A DNA stretch of 64,000 nucleotides from Vicinamibacteria bacterium (GTDB lineage Bacteria; Acidobacteriota; Vicinamibacteria; Vicinamibacterales; JAENWD01): assembly GCA_963719755.1 (NCBI GenBank), contig CAVRDA010000006.1, positions 17,309-81,308 on the forward strand, given 5' to 3'. This document shows, piece by piece, positions 1-11,528 of the stretch. The stretch's first letter is position 1. Each line of letters opens with the position of its first letter. The notes beneath the pieces are model-generated. The model ran no database searches. It worked only from the letters and a program-made list of their open reading frames with translations, and was not told the origin of the DNA. The position numbers were made by a program, and so were the translations under genes.

Positions 1-405
1 ATCGCGCATCCCGCGCTGCAGCCAAGCTTCGACCAGAAGCGCGGCGCCAGCCTGCACGAGGCGATCGACATCCTCGCGCCACGGCACACCGCAGTGCGCG
101 CCGTCGAGGACGGCGTCGTCGCGAAGCTGTTCGCCAGTGATCGCGGCGGCATCACCGTGTACCAGTACGACCCGACCCGCACGTTCTGCTATTACTACGC
201 GCACCTCGAACGCTACGCGGAGGGATTGAAGGAAGGACAGGCGCTGAAGCGCGGCGACGTGATCGGCTACGTCGGCACGTCAGGCAACGCGCCGAAGGAC
301 ACGCCGCACCTTCACTTCGCGATCTTCCGCCTCAACGAAGCTGGCCGCTGGTGGGAAGGCACGCCGATCGATCCCTACGAGGCGCTCCGGCAGCCGGGGG
401 GATGA
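1..405 (+). CDS. M23 family metallopeptidase (5' partial)
   Basis: Open frame from the window start. HEAID (HxxxD) and PHLHF zinc motifs, YYAHL, GYVGTSGNA. Confidence 0.9.
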   Translation: MAHPALQPSFDQKRGASLHEAIDILAPRHTAVRAVEDGVVAKLFASDRGGITVYQYDPTRTFCYYYAHLERYAEGLKEGQALKRGDVIGYVGTSGNAPKDTPHLHFAIFRLNEAGRWWEGTPIDPYEALRQPGG

Positions 406-474
406 AGTCCGGGTCCGGAGTCCGGAGTCCGGAGTCCGGAGTCCGGAGTCCGGAGTCCGGAGTCCGGAGTCGGA
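406..474. repeat. Heptamer tandem repeat (AGTCCGG) x~9
   Basis: Directly visible between two convergent stop codons. Confidence 0.95.
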
Positions 475-477
475 TAG

Positions 478-1845
478 TCAGCGGCCGATGGCCACCAGTT
501 GCTTTTCCGTGCGAACGATCAGCAATCCGCCGGCAATGGCGGGCGTGGCCATGATCGGATCGTTCATCGCGTTGCGCGCGATCAGCTCGAAGGCGGGTCC
601 CGCTTTCACGACGAAGACTTCACCATCTTCGCTCGAGAGAAACAGCCGGCCGTCGGAGCCCACCGGCGAGGCGCTGAAGCCGCTGCCGCCGTGCGCCAGA
701 CGCTGCCTGTACACCTCTGCCCCGCTCTCGATGGTGTACGCGTCCCACAACCCCTGATTGGCGAGCGTGTAGAGCTGATCCGCGTAGGCGATCGGTGTCG
801 GCATGTAGGGGCCGCGCTGCGTGTGACTCCAGGCGATGGCGGCGCTCGACGTCTGTCCGGCCGGCAGCGTGAGGTCGCCGCGGGCGCCGGGCCGGATGGC
901 GAAGATCGGCCGCTCCGGCGCGCGTCCCGACGCCACGACAACCAGGTCGCGGGCAAGAATCGGCGTCGGCGCGGTGATCTTCGAGCTGCCACCCAGCTGC
1001 CAGAGCTCGCGGCCGGTCGCCGCGTCGTAGCCGCGGATCCGGTTCGGCGAGTTCGTCACCAGCTCTTTGCCCTGTGGGCCTTTGACGACAGTCGGCGTCG
1101 CCCACGACGGCAGCTCCGTGCGCGGCGTCTTCCAGAGGCTCCGCCCCGACTCGAGGTCGAATGCCTGCACGAACGACGCGCCGTGCACGTCGCACTGCAC
1201 GTATACGCGCCCGTCGTCGATGACCGGAGAACTGGCGTTGCCCCACTCGTAGTCGGGCAAGTCGTATGCGCCGGCGTTGAGCACGCCGAGGTCCTGCTTC
1301 CACCGCAGCGTGCCATCCATGCCGTACGCGAACAGCCCCTGAGAGCCGAAGAACGCCACGACGGTCGAGCCGTCGGTTGCCGGCGTCTGGTTGGCGTAGG
1401 TGGACTTGATGTGGCGCTTCTCGCGCGGCTCGCCGCTATAGGCCGTGCGCGTCCAGATTGTGCGTCCGGTGAGCCGATCGATGGCGATCACCTGCCAGTC
1501 CTGCGTAGAGCGGTCCTCTGAGGCGTCGCCGGCGCCGTACAGGCCGCGCTTGAATGTCGCGCTGCCCCGACTGCTGACTGCGGTGGTCACGAAAATGCGA
1601 TCGTCCCAGACGACGGGGCTCGAGTGCGCGAGGCCGGGTAGGGCCACCCGCCACTTCACGTTGGTGCCGGCCGCCAGGTCCCAGGTGTCGGGCAGGCCCT
1701 GTCCGTCGGCGACGCCGGAGGCCTGCACGCCGCGGAACGAGGGCCAGCGTGCGGGCGAATCGGCCGCACGCGGGCTGCCGGTGTGCAGGATCCCCAGCAA
1801 GCCCACTATCGCCATCTGTGCTCGAAACCGCATAAATAACGCCAC
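478..1845 (-). CDS. PQQ-binding-like beta-propeller repeat protein (BamB-like), exported
   Basis: Signal peptide, WPSFRG start, repeated SSP/ATP...G...W propeller blades. Confidence 0.85.
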   Translation of the reverse strand: MALFMRFRAQMAIVGLLGILHTGSPRAADSPARWPSFRGVQASGVADGQGLPDTWDLAAGTNVKWRVALPGLAHSSPVVWDDRIFVTTAVSSRGSATFKRGLYGAGDASEDRSTQDWQVIAIDRLTGRTIWTRTAYSGEPREKRHIKSTYANQTPATDGSTVVAFFGSQGLFAYGMDGTLRWKQDLGVLNAGAYDLPDYEWGNASSPVIDDGRVYVQCDVHGASFVQAFDLESGRSLWKTPRTELPSWATPTVVKGPQGKELVTNSPNRIRGYDAATGRELWQLGGSSKITAPTPILARDLVVVASGRAPERPIFAIRPGARGDLTLPAGQTSSAAIAWSHTQRGPYMPTPIAYADQLYTLANQGLWDAYTIESGAEVYRQRLAHGGSGFSASPVGSDGRLFLSSEDGEVFVVKAGPAFELIARNAMNDPIMATPAIAGGLLIVRTEKQLVAIGR

Positions 1846-1862
1846 TCGCTGACGTTCCGTAC

Positions 1863-1915
1863 GGAGGGCGGCACTTCAGTGCCGCCGCTGCGGCGCGGCT
1901 GAAGCCGCGCCCTCC
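1863..1915. repeat. REP-like inverted doublet, GGAG-(8-bp stem)-TTCA-(8-bp stem)
   Basis: GGAG GGCGGCAC TTCA GTGCCGCC at 1863-1886. Opposite-strand GGAG GGCGCGGC TTCA GCCGCGCC at 1892-1915. Confidence 0.8.
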
Positions 1916-1938
1916 TCAGGCCGGGCCCGACGCCGTCG

Positions 1939-2286
1939 CTACGGCTGACGGGTCAGCACGCTGCTCAGCAGCCAGCTGACCACGCTCAGCACCAGCGCGC
2001 CGAGAATGGCCGATCCCCACGAGCGCACGGCGAACCCGGGCACCAGCGCCGCCGCCAGCATCAGGCACGCGCCGTTGACGACGAGGTAGAACAGGCCGAG
2101 TGTCAGGATCGTGAGCGGCAGCGAGAGAATCACCAGCACCGGCTTCACGATCGCGTTGACGAACCCGATGACGAGCGCGGCCACGGCCAGCGTCGCGTAC
2201 GAGTTGACGATGACGCCGCCGACCAGCCGCGTGGTGACGAAGAGCGCAATCGCCAGCACCAGCCAGTGCACCAGGAAACCCACCAT
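1939..2286 (-). CDS. 4-TM phage holin superfamily IV / YvlD-like membrane protein
   Basis: MVGFLVHW start. VNAIVKPVLVILSLPLTILTLGLFYLVVNG signature. Confidence 0.85.
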   Translation of the reverse strand: MVGFLVHWLVLAIALFVTTRLVGGVIVNSYATLAVAALVIGFVNAIVKPVLVILSLPLTILTLGLFYLVVNGACLMLAAALVPGFAVRSWGSAILGALVLSVVSWLLSSVLTRQP

Positions 2287-2311
2287 TGCGAGCCCTCCGC
2301 GCGCGATGCTA

Positions 2312-2665
2312 TCACTGCGGCTCCGGCGGCTGGCCGGCAAAGTACGCCAGCGCCCGCGCCCAGGCCAGCGCGCCAATCTGGCGACCCATGCGGCGCCCCT
2401 CGGTATCTGCCGGTTCGAAGTGAATGCCGCCGAGGCGCCGCGACAGCCCTGCCTGCTCCGCCGCCGACGAGAAAGTCGGCCACGTCAGCACGACCGGCTG
2501 CGCCGGCACCAGGCCGGTTCGATGCCGACCGTGCCGGCCTCGATGGTCACCGTCCCGCCAAAGCTGTCGCTGCCGGTGAACAGGCGCAGCACTTCCGCCG
2601 ACGCCGCGCTGAAGGTGCTGTGGCCGGAGACGTAGCTCGCCAAACGGCGGCGTCGGCAGGTAAGC
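2312..2665 (-). pseudogene. C-terminal fragment of a vanadium-dependent haloperoxidase (PAP2 superfamily)
   Basis: Across two frameshifts reads TPPF..YVSGHSTFSAASAEVL...TWPTFSSAAEQAGLSRRLGGIHF. There is no room for the N-terminal part before the divergent gene at 2821. Confidence 0.7.
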
Positions 2666-2820
2666 GATCCGATCGCACTTCCCATGCCGTTCGATCCGCG
2701 CAGCGTGCACGGCCGCCCAAAGAGGCGAGGCGCTCGACGAGAACACCGAACGACGCGCGGCGTGAAAAGAGCGGCACGTGGTCGAGGTGGTATGCTGGCG
2801 TCATACCCAGAGCGCCACTC

Positions 2821-3144
2821 ATGAGCCAGGACGAACCCAAGAGCGCGTACGAGCTCGCCATGGAGCGGCTCCGGAAGAAAGACGCGGAGGCCGGCGTCGT
2901 CCAGACCCCGCTGACCGACGACCAGAAGGCGGAGATCGCCGATGTCCGGAGCCGTGCCGAGGCGCGCATCGCGGAGCTGAAGATCCTCCACGAGTCGAAG
3001 ACGGTGTCGCTGTTCGATCCCGACGCCCGCGCGCTCGCCGACGCCGAGCTGCGGCGCGACGTGCAGCGCGTCGAAGAGGATCGCGAGAGCAAGATCGCCC
3101 GGATTCGCGAGCAGGCGCGCGCGAGGCCGGAAGGGGGAGCGTGA
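2821..3144 (+). CDS. Hypothetical helical protein (KSAYELAMERL)
   Basis: Typical codon usage, charged coiled-coil-like sequence, TGnTATGCT box upstream. Confidence 0.75.
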   Translation: MSQDEPKSAYELAMERLRKKDAEAGVVQTPLTDDQKAEIADVRSRAEARIAELKILHESKTVSLFDPDARALADAELRRDVQRVEEDRESKIARIREQARARPEGGA

Positions 3145-3662
3145 TGCACGAACGTCGGCGCTTTCTGATCGCGCTCAGCGGCATCGGCATCTGCCTCCTG
3201 ATTGCGGCCGGCATCCTCTTCACGACCCCGGCCGTGCTCGTGCTGGACGCGCCGTCGCCGCGCGCCGCAGTGGTGACGCTGCCCTCGCCCCTGCCCCGTC
3301 TGGCGGTTCCGGTTGTCGCTCAACAGTCAGCCGCCCCGGCAGCGCCGCGTCTCTCAGGCTCGCTGATGTCACGGGTCGCCACGCCGCGCCTGCGGGTCGC
3401 CGAGCCCAGCCTTGCCTCCGGCAACGTCGCGCCCGACCTCGCGCTTCCGGCCGTGCAGATGCCGCAGCCACCCGACACGCTCTCCGCCAGCACGTACGCG
3501 ATTCCCGTCGCCGGCGTGCCCGAGACGAGCAGCCGATCCGTTCCACACGTCGAGAACGAGACTGCCGATCATGGCGCGGTCACGGCCGCCTTCGTCACCG
3601 CCGGCACCCACGTCGGCCAGGGATTCCGCACCGTCGGCAGGACGCTGAAGAACTTGTTCTAA
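3144..3662 (+). CDS. Hypothetical membrane-anchored Pro/Ala-rich protein
   Basis: Start overlaps the upstream stop (TGATG). N-terminal hydrophobic helix. Confidence 0.6.
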   Translation: MHERRRFLIALSGIGICLLIAAGILFTTPAVLVLDAPSPRAAVVTLPSPLPRLAVPVVAQQSAAPAAPRLSGSLMSRVATPRLRVAEPSLASGNVAPDLALPAVQMPQPPDTLSASTYAIPVAGVPETSSRSVPHVENETADHGAVTAAFVTAGTHVGQGFRTVGRTLKNLF

Positions 3663-3663
3663 C

Positions 3664-3727
3664 GCACGTCGCACGTTGCACTTCGCACTTGTCAGTTATT
3701 CGTAATTCGTCATTCGTAATTCGCCAC
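3664..3727. repeat. Two adjacent heptamer arrays, (YGCACKT)x4 and (TTCGTMA)x~4
   Basis: Directly visible just after the stop at 3662. Confidence 0.85.
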
Positions 3728-3729
3728 TG

Positions 3730-4290
3730 ATGTTGAGCCTCCTGACCTCCCCCTGGCCCTGGTACGTCTCCGGGACGCTGCTGGGCCTGACCGTGCCGAC
3801 GCTGCTGCTCGTCGGCAACAAGTCATTTGGCGTCTCGTCCAATCTCCGGCACCTGTGCGCGATCGCATCGCCGGCGCGTCCGCCGTTCCTGCGGTACGAC
3901 TGGCGAACGGCCGGCGGCTGGAACCTGGCGTTTCTCGCCGGCGCGGTGCTGGCCGGCGTCGTGATGCGGCTCGTCATGCCGTCGCCGACCTTCGCGATTG
4001 CCGATGCGACCGTGCGCGATCTCGCAGCGCTCGGTGTGACCGACGTCAGCGGCTACGTGCCGGCAACGTTCTTCTCCTGGCAGGCGCTGACAACCGCTCG
4101 CGGATTCGCGATTGTCGTCGGCGGAGGCTTTCTGGTGGGCTTCGGCACGGCGTACGCCGGCGGCTGCACTTCGGGCCACGGCGTGACTGGCCTGGCCGCG
4201 TTGCAGTTGCCGTCGCTCATCGCCGTGGCCGGGTTCTTCGCCGGCGGACTGGTCGGCACGCACCTGCTGCTGCCGATTCTGCTGCGATGA
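3730..4290 (+). CDS. YeeE/YedE family sulfur-compound transporter, subunit 1
   Basis: [11 protein letters not shown] and GGCTSGHG motifs, multiple TM helices. Confidence 0.9.
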   Translation: MLSLLTSPWPWYVSGTLLGLTVPTLLLVGNKSFGVSSNLRHLCAIASPARPPFLRYDWRTAGGWNLAFLAGAVLAGVVMRLVMPSPTFAIADATVRDLAALGVTDVSGYVPATFFSWQALTTARGFAIVVGGGFLVGFGTAYAGGCTSGHGVTGLAALQLPSLIAVAGFFAGGLVGTHLLLPILLR

Positions 4291-4703
4291 GCCTCGCCCG
4301 CTACACCGCCATCGGGTTCGCGTTCGGCATCGTCCTGCTGAAGTCCGAGGCGGTCTCCTGGTTCCGCATCCAGGAGATGTTCCGGTTTCAGTCGGTGCAC
4401 ATGTTCGGGATCCTCGGCTGCGCGGTGCTGACGGCGGGGCTGACGCTGCGGCTGCTGCAGCGCGCGGACGTCCGCGCCGCGGGGGGCCAACCCCTCGTGC
4501 TCGAGCCCAAGGCGCTCGGCACCGGTGCCAGGTACGCGATCGGCGGGACGTGCTTCGGCGTCGGCTGGTCGCTCACGGGCGCCTGCCCGGGTCCCCTCTT
4601 CACGCTGCTCGGTGCGGGGGTCAGCGTCATGAGCGTGGCGATTGTCGCGGCGATGGCTGGGACATGGACCTACGCCGCGCTGCGGGACCGGCTGCCCCAT
4701 TGA
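4287..4703 (+). CDS. YeeE/YedE family sulfur-compound transporter, subunit 2
   Basis: ATGA-coupled. SWFRIQEMFRFQS and GACPGP motifs. Confidence 0.9.
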   Translation: MSLARYTAIGFAFGIVLLKSEAVSWFRIQEMFRFQSVHMFGILGCAVLTAGLTLRLLQRADVRAAGGQPLVLEPKALGTGARYAIGGTCFGVGWSLTGACPGPLFTLLGAGVSVMSVAIVAAMAGTWTYAALRDRLPH

Positions 4704-4757
4704 CCGGCGCGGACAGCGACCCCAATCGCGCCGTAGAGCGGAAGGGAGCGATCGCTC

Positions 4758-6204
4758 CTACCATCCTCGAACCCGGGCGTTCGCCCAATCGAACACCTGC
4801 TGGTATCCGCGCGCGGACGCCGTCCACGAGAAGTCGGCGGCCATGCCGCCCTGCTGCAGGGCTCGCCATCCGTCGGGGTCTGCGCGCCACTTCCCGAGCG
4901 CGCGGGTGAGCGCGCCCCAGAACGCCTCCACGGTGTAGTCGGCAAACAGGAAGCCGCTGACGCCTTCGTGGACCGTGTCGACCAGTCCGCCGGTGGCCCG
5001 CACGACCGGGACGCTGCCGTAGCGCATGGCGATCATCTGCCCGAGCCCGCACGGCTCGAACCGTGACGGCATCAGGAAGATGTCGCTGCCGGCGTAGACG
5101 ACCGGCGCCAGTGCGGCGTCGTAGCGCAGGACGGCCGCCATCTTGTCGCGGTGGTACGCCGCAAGGTGGCGAAACATTCCTTCGTACTCCGCGGCGCCCG
5201 AGCCCAGCACCACCAACTGCGCGTGTCCGGCAACGCCGTTGAGCAGCAGGTGCGCGACGTGACCGGTGATGTCCAGCCCCTTCTGCGCGTCGAGCCGCGT
5301 GACCATCGCGACAAGCGGCACGTCGGCCGGCGGCAATCCGAGCCGCTGCTGGAGCGCGCGCTTGTTGGCCACGCGCGCGTCGAGCGTCGAGGCGTCAAAC
5401 GGCACCGCCAGGTGAGTGTCCGTCGCCGGGTTCCACACGTCGTAGTCCAGCCCGTTGAGGATCCCGTGCACGTCGAAGTGGCGGTAGCGCAGCAGCGAGT
5501 CCAGCCGCTCGCCATACTCGGGCGTGAGGATCTCGCGCGCGTAGGTCGGGCTCACCGTCGTGACCATCGTCGCGTGGAAGATGCCGCGCGCCATGAAGTT
5601 GGCTTCGCCGGGACCCTCCTCGATGAGGCGCGGGCTGTCGATTCCCAGATAGTCGAGCACTTGCCGGCTCGCGCGCCCCTGGTGCGCGAGGTTGTGGATG
5701 GTCAGCACCGTCGGCAGGCCGCCATAGCGCGGGTCGAGCTGGCCGGCGGTCGACAGCCAGGCGATGGCCGGACGCCGCGTGCCAGTCGTGGGCGCTGACG
5801 ACGTCGGGGCGCCAGCCCCAGGCGCCGACCATCAGGTCGAGCGCCGCGCGGCTGAAGAACGCGAACCGGTAGGCGTCGTCCGGGTAGTCGTAGATCTGGG
5901 GGCGCCGGAAGAGATGACGCTCCGCGATGAAGTAAATCGGCACGTCCGATCCGGGCAGCGTCGCCCGGAGGACGCCGGCATCCACCAGGCCGCCGCCGAC
6001 CGGCACGCGCAGCAGCGTCGGATCAGCGGAGATCCCCCAGCGGCCGCTATGCAGCGCGTCTTCGACGGCGGTGTAGGCCGGCATCACGACCCTGACGTCG
6101 TGCCCCAGCGCTGCCAGCGCCTTGGGGAGCGAGCCAGCCACGTCGGCCAGGCCGCCGGTCTTCGCGAATGGAGCGGCCTCGGCCGCGATGACGAGAATGC
6201 GCAT
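4758..6204 (-). CDS. glgA: Glycogen synthase (frameshift near 5770, probably sequencing error)
   Basis: KTGGLADV, HDWH, TIHNLAHQG, MPSRFEPCGLGQMIAMRYG. Confidence 0.92.
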
Positions 6205-6261
6205 GGAGGTCCCGGACCGGGAAGTGTAATCCACCGCAGTCCTGCGTGATAATGCGGACGG

Positions 6262-8782
6262 ATGAGGCTCCGTTCGTGCCGCCTGGCACTGCTGCTGTCG
6301 GTGCTGACGGCAGTCTCGGCCGCGGCCGAGACGCCGCGGCGGATCGTCTACGGCGGCGACAACGACTTTCCGCCGTACGAATACGTCGACGCGAAGGGGC
6401 AGCCGCAGGGTTTCAACATCCGGCTGGTGACGCTGCTGGCCAGCCGCGCCGGCTACCAGCTGGAGATCCGGATGGCGCCGTGGCGCGACATCCTGGCGGG
6501 CTTCGAGAACCGCGAAATCGACCTTATCGCAGCCGCCTGGTCTGAGGCGCGCGCCGAGCGCTACCTGTTCCTGCCGCAGATCTGGACGCTGCGACAGGCG
6601 GTCATCTTTCCCGCCGGCCGCCAGAAATACCCCACGAGCCTCGCCGAGCTCGGCAACGAGATCGTCGCGATCGAGGATCGTTCGAAGCGTCCACGAGCTG
6701 CTGAAGGCGCTGCCCGAAGTCCAGCGGCCGGTCATCGTCACCACCGAGCAGCAGCGCGAGGCGCTGGAGATGGTGCGCGCCGGCGACGCCACGGCGACGG
6801 CGGGGAACGCCCTGACGCTGCGCTATCTCGACGCCGACCGCTCCGGGACGCTTACCGAGATCCCGGTGAAGTCGCTGCCCTATCACCTCGCCACCCAGCG
6901 CGGACGCGAGCAGGACTTCGCGCCGCTGGCGGCGGCGTTCGCCGCCGTGCAGGCCAGCGGCGAGCTGAACGCGCTGGTCGAGACCTACCTGATTGCGCCG
7001 GTCTCGGGCAATGGCTGGTGGCAGTACCTGAATTACGTGCTGGCCGGGGGCGGCGCCGTGCTGCTGCTCGTGCTCGGCGTCGGCGCCTGGAGCTGGTCGC
7101 TGCGGCGCCAGGTGCTGGAGCGGACGCGCGAGCTGACCACGGTGCAGGCGGATCTCGAGCGGCGGGTGGCGGAGCGGACAGAGGCGCTGGCCGAGGCCAA
7201 TCGCGCCCTCGAAGCCGACGTGCTGGAACGCCGGCGCACGGAGGAAGCGCTGCGCGACAGCCAGGCGCGGCTCGACGCCGCCATGCGCGGCGCGCGCCTG
7301 TGCTTCTGGGAGTACCGCGTCCGGACGAAGGAAGTGGACGTCGATCCGGAGCTGCCGATCCTCTTCGGCTACGACCCGACGGATTTCACCGACAGCGCGG
7401 CGTGGCAGCGAGTCGTCCATCCCGAGGACATCGCGGTCCTGGAGCGGACGTTCAGCGATCACCTCCGCGGCCGCACCGCCTTCGTCGAGCTCGAGTTCCG
7501 GATGCGCACCGCCGATGGCCGCACGCGCTGGGTGGCGCTCGACGGACGGGTGACCAGACGCGACGGGTCGGAAGCGCCCTCGCACGTCTCCGGCACCATT
7601 CGCGACATCACCGATCGCAAGCGCCTCGAGGAGCAGCTGCTCCAGGCGCAGCGGCTCGAGGGCCTCGGCCGGCTGGCCGGCGGCGTCGCGCACGACTTCA
7701 ACAACCTGCTCACGGCGATGCTCGGACACGTGGAGCTGCTGCAGCACGAGATGGCGCCGGACGATCCGCGCCAGTCCGATCTGCACGAGGTCGCCGAGGC
7801 GGGCGCGCGCGCGTCCAGCCTGACGCGGCAGCTGCTCGCCTTCGCGCGGCGGCAGCCGGTCGCACCGCGCAACGTCGACCTCAACGCGCTCGTCAGCAGC
7901 CTGGAGCGGCTCCTTCGGCGACTGCTCGGCGCGGACGTCGAGCTGCAGGCCGATCTGGCCGACGGGCTCTGGGGCGTGCGGATCGACCCAGGGCAGCTCG
8001 AACAGGTGGTGGTGAACCTGGCCGTCAACGGACGCGATGCCATGCCCTCCGGCGGCCGCCTTACCATCACCACGCGCAACGTCGAGGTGACCGCCGATCC
8101 GCCTGCCGACGCGCATCCGCTGCCGCCCGGCCGATACGTCGTCCTCACCGTGGCCGACACGGGCACAGGCATCGAGCCGGCCGACCTGCCGCACATCTTC
8201 GAGCCCTTCTTCACGACCAAGGACCTGGGCAAGGGCACCGGACTCGGGCTCGCGACCACCTACGGCATCGCGATCCAGGCGGGCGGGACGGTTACCGTGC
8301 GAAGCACGGCGGGTGCCGGCAGCGAGTTCACGCTGTGGCTGCCGGCCAAGTCGCCGGCGATGCTCGCCACGCCGCTCAGGCGGCCGGTGGCAACGCGGGT
8401 GACCGAGGGCGGGCACGAGACGATTCTGGTGGCGGAGGACGAGCCGCAGGTGAGGAACCTGGTCACCGGCGTGCTGCGCGGACGCGGCTACACCGTGTTG
8501 GCCGCCGACTCCGGGCACGAGGCGCTGGCGCTTGCGCGCTCGCACGATGGCCGCATCCACCTGCTGGTCACCGACGTGGTCATGCCGCAGATGAGCGGGC
8601 CGCAGTTAGCCGACGCGCTGGTACGCGAACGGCCGGATGTGCCGGTGCTGTTCATGAGCGGCTACGCCGACCGCGCCGAAGGCCGCGCCATCCCCGCCAA
8701 CGTGCCGCTCGTGCAGAAGCCGTTCTCGCTGGTCGACTTCACCAGGCGCGTGCGCGCGGTGCTGGACGCGTCGGCGTCGTGA
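6262..8782 (+). CDS. Hybrid sensor histidine kinase: periplasmic solute-binding domain, TM, PAS, HisKA, HATPase, REC (frameshift near 6690)
   Basis: DFPPYEY binding domain, AHDFNNLL H-box, FEPFFTTK/GTGLGL, LLVTDVVMP receiver. Confidence 0.9.
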
Positions 8783-8826
8783 AGGACGAGCTTGGCACTT
8801 GCGCGGCAGTCTGAGATGCTGAGGTT

Positions 8827-9888
8827 GTGACCTATGCCCGTGCTGGCGCCTTTGCGATCCTGATTTCAGCCCTCTCATCGTCGCCGTGGACGGCCTCGCC
8901 CGCGCGTGCGGCGGCCCAGGAACCGGCGGCAGCCCCTGAGCCGCCCACTGCCATCGACCGCGCTTCGTTCGACGCCTGGCTGGCCGCAGCCAGGGCCGAA
9001 GCGCTGACTCGCGGCGTTCGCGAGGCGACGGTCTCGCAGGCGCTCGACGGACTCGAGCCGGTCGAGCGCGTGCTCGAGCGCGATCGCAGCCAGGCCGAAT
9101 TCACGCTGTCGATCGACGGCTATCTGAAGCGGCGCATTACTCCTCCCACCGTCAAGACGGCGCGCCGCATGGCGACAACCCACAAGCGTGTGCTCGGGCA
9201 GGTGAGCAAAGCCTACGGCGTGGACTCGCGCGTGCTCGTGTCGGTGTGGGGCCTGGAATCGAATTTCGGCCGCTTCGCCGGGGTGCGGCCGACGCTGCCG
9301 GTGCTGGCAACGCTGGCCTGGGAGGGTCGCCGCGGCGAGTTCTTCCGCCAGCAGTTCTTCGACGCGCTGACCATCGTCGATCGCGGGGACATCGAGCTGG
9401 CGGACCTGAAAGGATCGTGGGCCGGCGCGCTGGGGCAGGTCCAGTTCATGCCGTCGAGTTACCTGGCGTCGGCGGTCGACTTCGACAAGGACGGCGACCG
9501 CGACGTCTGGAACTCGATGCCCGACGTGTTCGGGTCGATCGCGAACTACCTGCAGCAGCACGGGTGGACGCCCGGCCGATGGGGCTACGCCGTGAAGATC
9601 CCGGCGGCCGCGCGCGAGAAAGTGGCGACCGTGCCGATGCGGGATACCGGCTGCCGCGCCGTGCGCGGGCTGACCGAGGCGCGCTCGCTCAAGGACTGGC
9701 GCACGCTCGGCGTGCAGCTGGCCGACGGGACGCCCGTGCCGACATCGCCGCGGACGGCGTCGCTGCTCGAGATGGACGACCGGCGCTATCTGGTCACCGC
9801 GAATTACGAAGCCCTGCTCGCCTACAACTGCGCGCACACCTACGCGCTCAGCGTCGCGCTGCTGTCGGATCGGCTGCCCCGCCCCTGA
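8827..9888 (+). CDS. Lytic murein transglycosylase (MltB/SLT_2 family)
   Basis: WGLESNFG, GSWAGALGQVQFMPSSY, EF-hand DFDKDGD, SIANYL. Confidence 0.92.
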   Translation: MTYARAGAFAILISALSSSPWTASPARAAAQEPAAAPEPPTAIDRASFDAWLAAARAEALTRGVREATVSQALDGLEPVERVLERDRSQAEFTLSIDGYLKRRITPPTVKTARRMATTHKRVLGQVSKAYGVDSRVLVSVWGLESNFGRFAGVRPTLPVLATLAWEGRRGEFFRQQFFDALTIVDRGDIELADLKGSWAGALGQVQFMPSSYLASAVDFDKDGDRDVWNSMPDVFGSIANYLQQHGWTPGRWGYAVKIPAAAREKVATVPMRDTGCRAVRGLTEARSLKDWRTLGVQLADGTPVPTSPRTASLLEMDDRRYLVTANYEALLAYNCAHTYALSVALLSDRLPRP

Positions 9889-9919
9889 GCGCCGCGCGTT
9901 CCCGGAATCCGCGGATGCT

Positions 9920-11407
9920 TCAGGACGTGCGCAGTCGCGAGTGTGACCAGCCGTAGGCGAAATACAGGAGCAGGCCGATGACGAGCCAGATGCCGAAACG
10001 TTCCCAGGCCTGGTACGGCAGTCCGGCCATGATGAAGACGCAGGCCAGCGCGCCGAGCGGCGCGGTGAGCCACACGACCGGCACCTTGAACGGCCGGGGG
10101 CGATTCGGCTCGACGACGCGAAGGACCAGCACGCCGATGCAGACGAGCGCAAAGGCAAAGAGCGTCCCGATGTTGGTGAGATCGTAGGTCTCGGCGGCAT
10201 CACCGACGAGCGACGCCAGCCCCACCACCACTCCCGTGAGCAGCGTCGTCGTCGAGGGGATGCGCGTCCGCGGATTCAGCTTGGCCGCCCACTGCGGCAG
10301 CAGGCCGTCGCGCGCCATCGCGAAGAAGATGCGCGGCTGGCCGTACTGGAACACCAGCAGCACCGCCGACATCGAGACCGCGGCCCCCAGCGCGACGATC
10401 CACCCGACACGCTCGAAGCCGGCGCTCTGCAGCGCGTACGCCAGCGGGTCGGCGGAGCTCGCCAGCTCGGTGTACGGCACCATGCCGGTCAGCACGGCGC
10501 CGACGATTACGTAGATCAAGGTGCAGATGGCGAGACCGCCGAGGATGCCGATCGGCAGGTTGCGCTGCGGGTCCTTCGTCTCTTCGGCCGCCGTCGAGAT
10601 CGCGTCGAAGCCGATGTAGGCGAAGAACACGATGGCCGCGCCCTGATGGATGCCGGTGAACCCATTCGGCGCAAACGGCGTGTAGAGCTCCGGCCGCAGG
10701 TGTGTGACGCCGACGGCGATGAAGAGCCCGAGCGCCAGCAGCTTGATCACCACCATGATGTTGTTGGCGCGCGAGCTCTCTTTCGCGCCGCGCAACAGCA
10801 GCCACGTGATGAACGCGACGATGCCGAAGGCCGGGAGATTGACGAGGACCGGGATGCCGGCGACGTGCGGCGCGGTCTGCAGCAGGCCGTGCACGTCCGG
10901 GTTGCTGCTCAGGAGCGCCGTCCGGTAGCCGGTCGTCAGCCAGGCCGGAAACTCCAGGCCGATGCCCCGCATCAGCGTCGTGAAGTAGTCGCCCCACGAA
11001 ATGGCCACGGCGACGTTGCCGACCGCGTATTCGAGAATCAGGTCCCAGCCGATGATCCACGCCACTGCCTCGCCCAGCGTCGCGTAGGTATAGGCGTAAG
11101 CAGACCCGGCCTGCGGGATCATCGACGCCAGCTCCGCGTAGCAGAGGGCCGCCAGCGCGCAGGCCCCGCCCAGCAGCAGGAACGAGAAGACGAGCGCCGG
11201 CCCGGCCCCGTAGCGAACGACAGCGCCGTCGGGCCCCACCTGGCCGGCCGCAGCCGTGCCGATGGCCCCGAAGATGCCCGCGCCGATCACCGCGCCGATG
11301 GCCAGCATCACGAGATCGCCGGCGCCGAGCACGCGTTTGAGCGACCGCGTCGAGTCGGATTCGTCTATTACGAGGTCCGCAATGGGCTTACGGCGGAACA
11401 GAGACAT
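9920..11407 (-). CDS. APC superfamily amino acid permease (cationic amino acid transporter-like)
   Basis: GAVIGAGIF, GSAYAY, FFAYIGFDAISTAAEE. Confidence 0.93.
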   Translation of the reverse strand: MSLFRRKPIADLVIDESDSTRSLKRVLGAGDLVMLAIGAVIGAGIFGAIGTAAAGQVGPDGAVVRYGAGPALVFSFLLLGGACALAALCYAELASMIPQAGSAYAYTYATLGEAVAWIIGWDLILEYAVGNVAVAISWGDYFTTLMRGIGLEFPAWLTTGYRTALLSSNPDVHGLLQTAPHVAGIPVLVNLPAFGIVAFITWLLLRGAKESSRANNIMVVIKLLALGLFIAVGVTHLRPELYTPFAPNGFTGIHQGAAIVFFAYIGFDAISTAAEETKDPQRNLPIGILGGLAICTLIYVIVGAVLTGMVPYTELASSADPLAYALQSAGFERVGWIVALGAAVSMSAVLLVFQYGQPRIFFAMARDGLLPQWAAKLNPRTRIPSTTTLLTGVVVGLASLVGDAAETYDLTNIGTLFAFALVCIGVLVLRVVEPNRPRPFKVPVVWLTAPLGALACVFIMAGLPYQAWERFGIWLVIGLLLYFAYGWSHSRLRTS

Positions 11408-11528
11408 GGGGGCGGATTCTAGCAGGGAGACCGTTGGGCGTGTAACCGACGCGTGTCAGCTTTACGTGCTTACACGAAGCGCGGCGGAACCGCGGCGAGC
11501 GATGCGACGCCAACTGCTCAGGTCGCAA

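Noticed and set aside
1939..2286. Holin plus M23 peptidase or HNH as prophage evidence
   Set aside because: These families are common chromosomal genes, and there are no integrase or phage structural genes.
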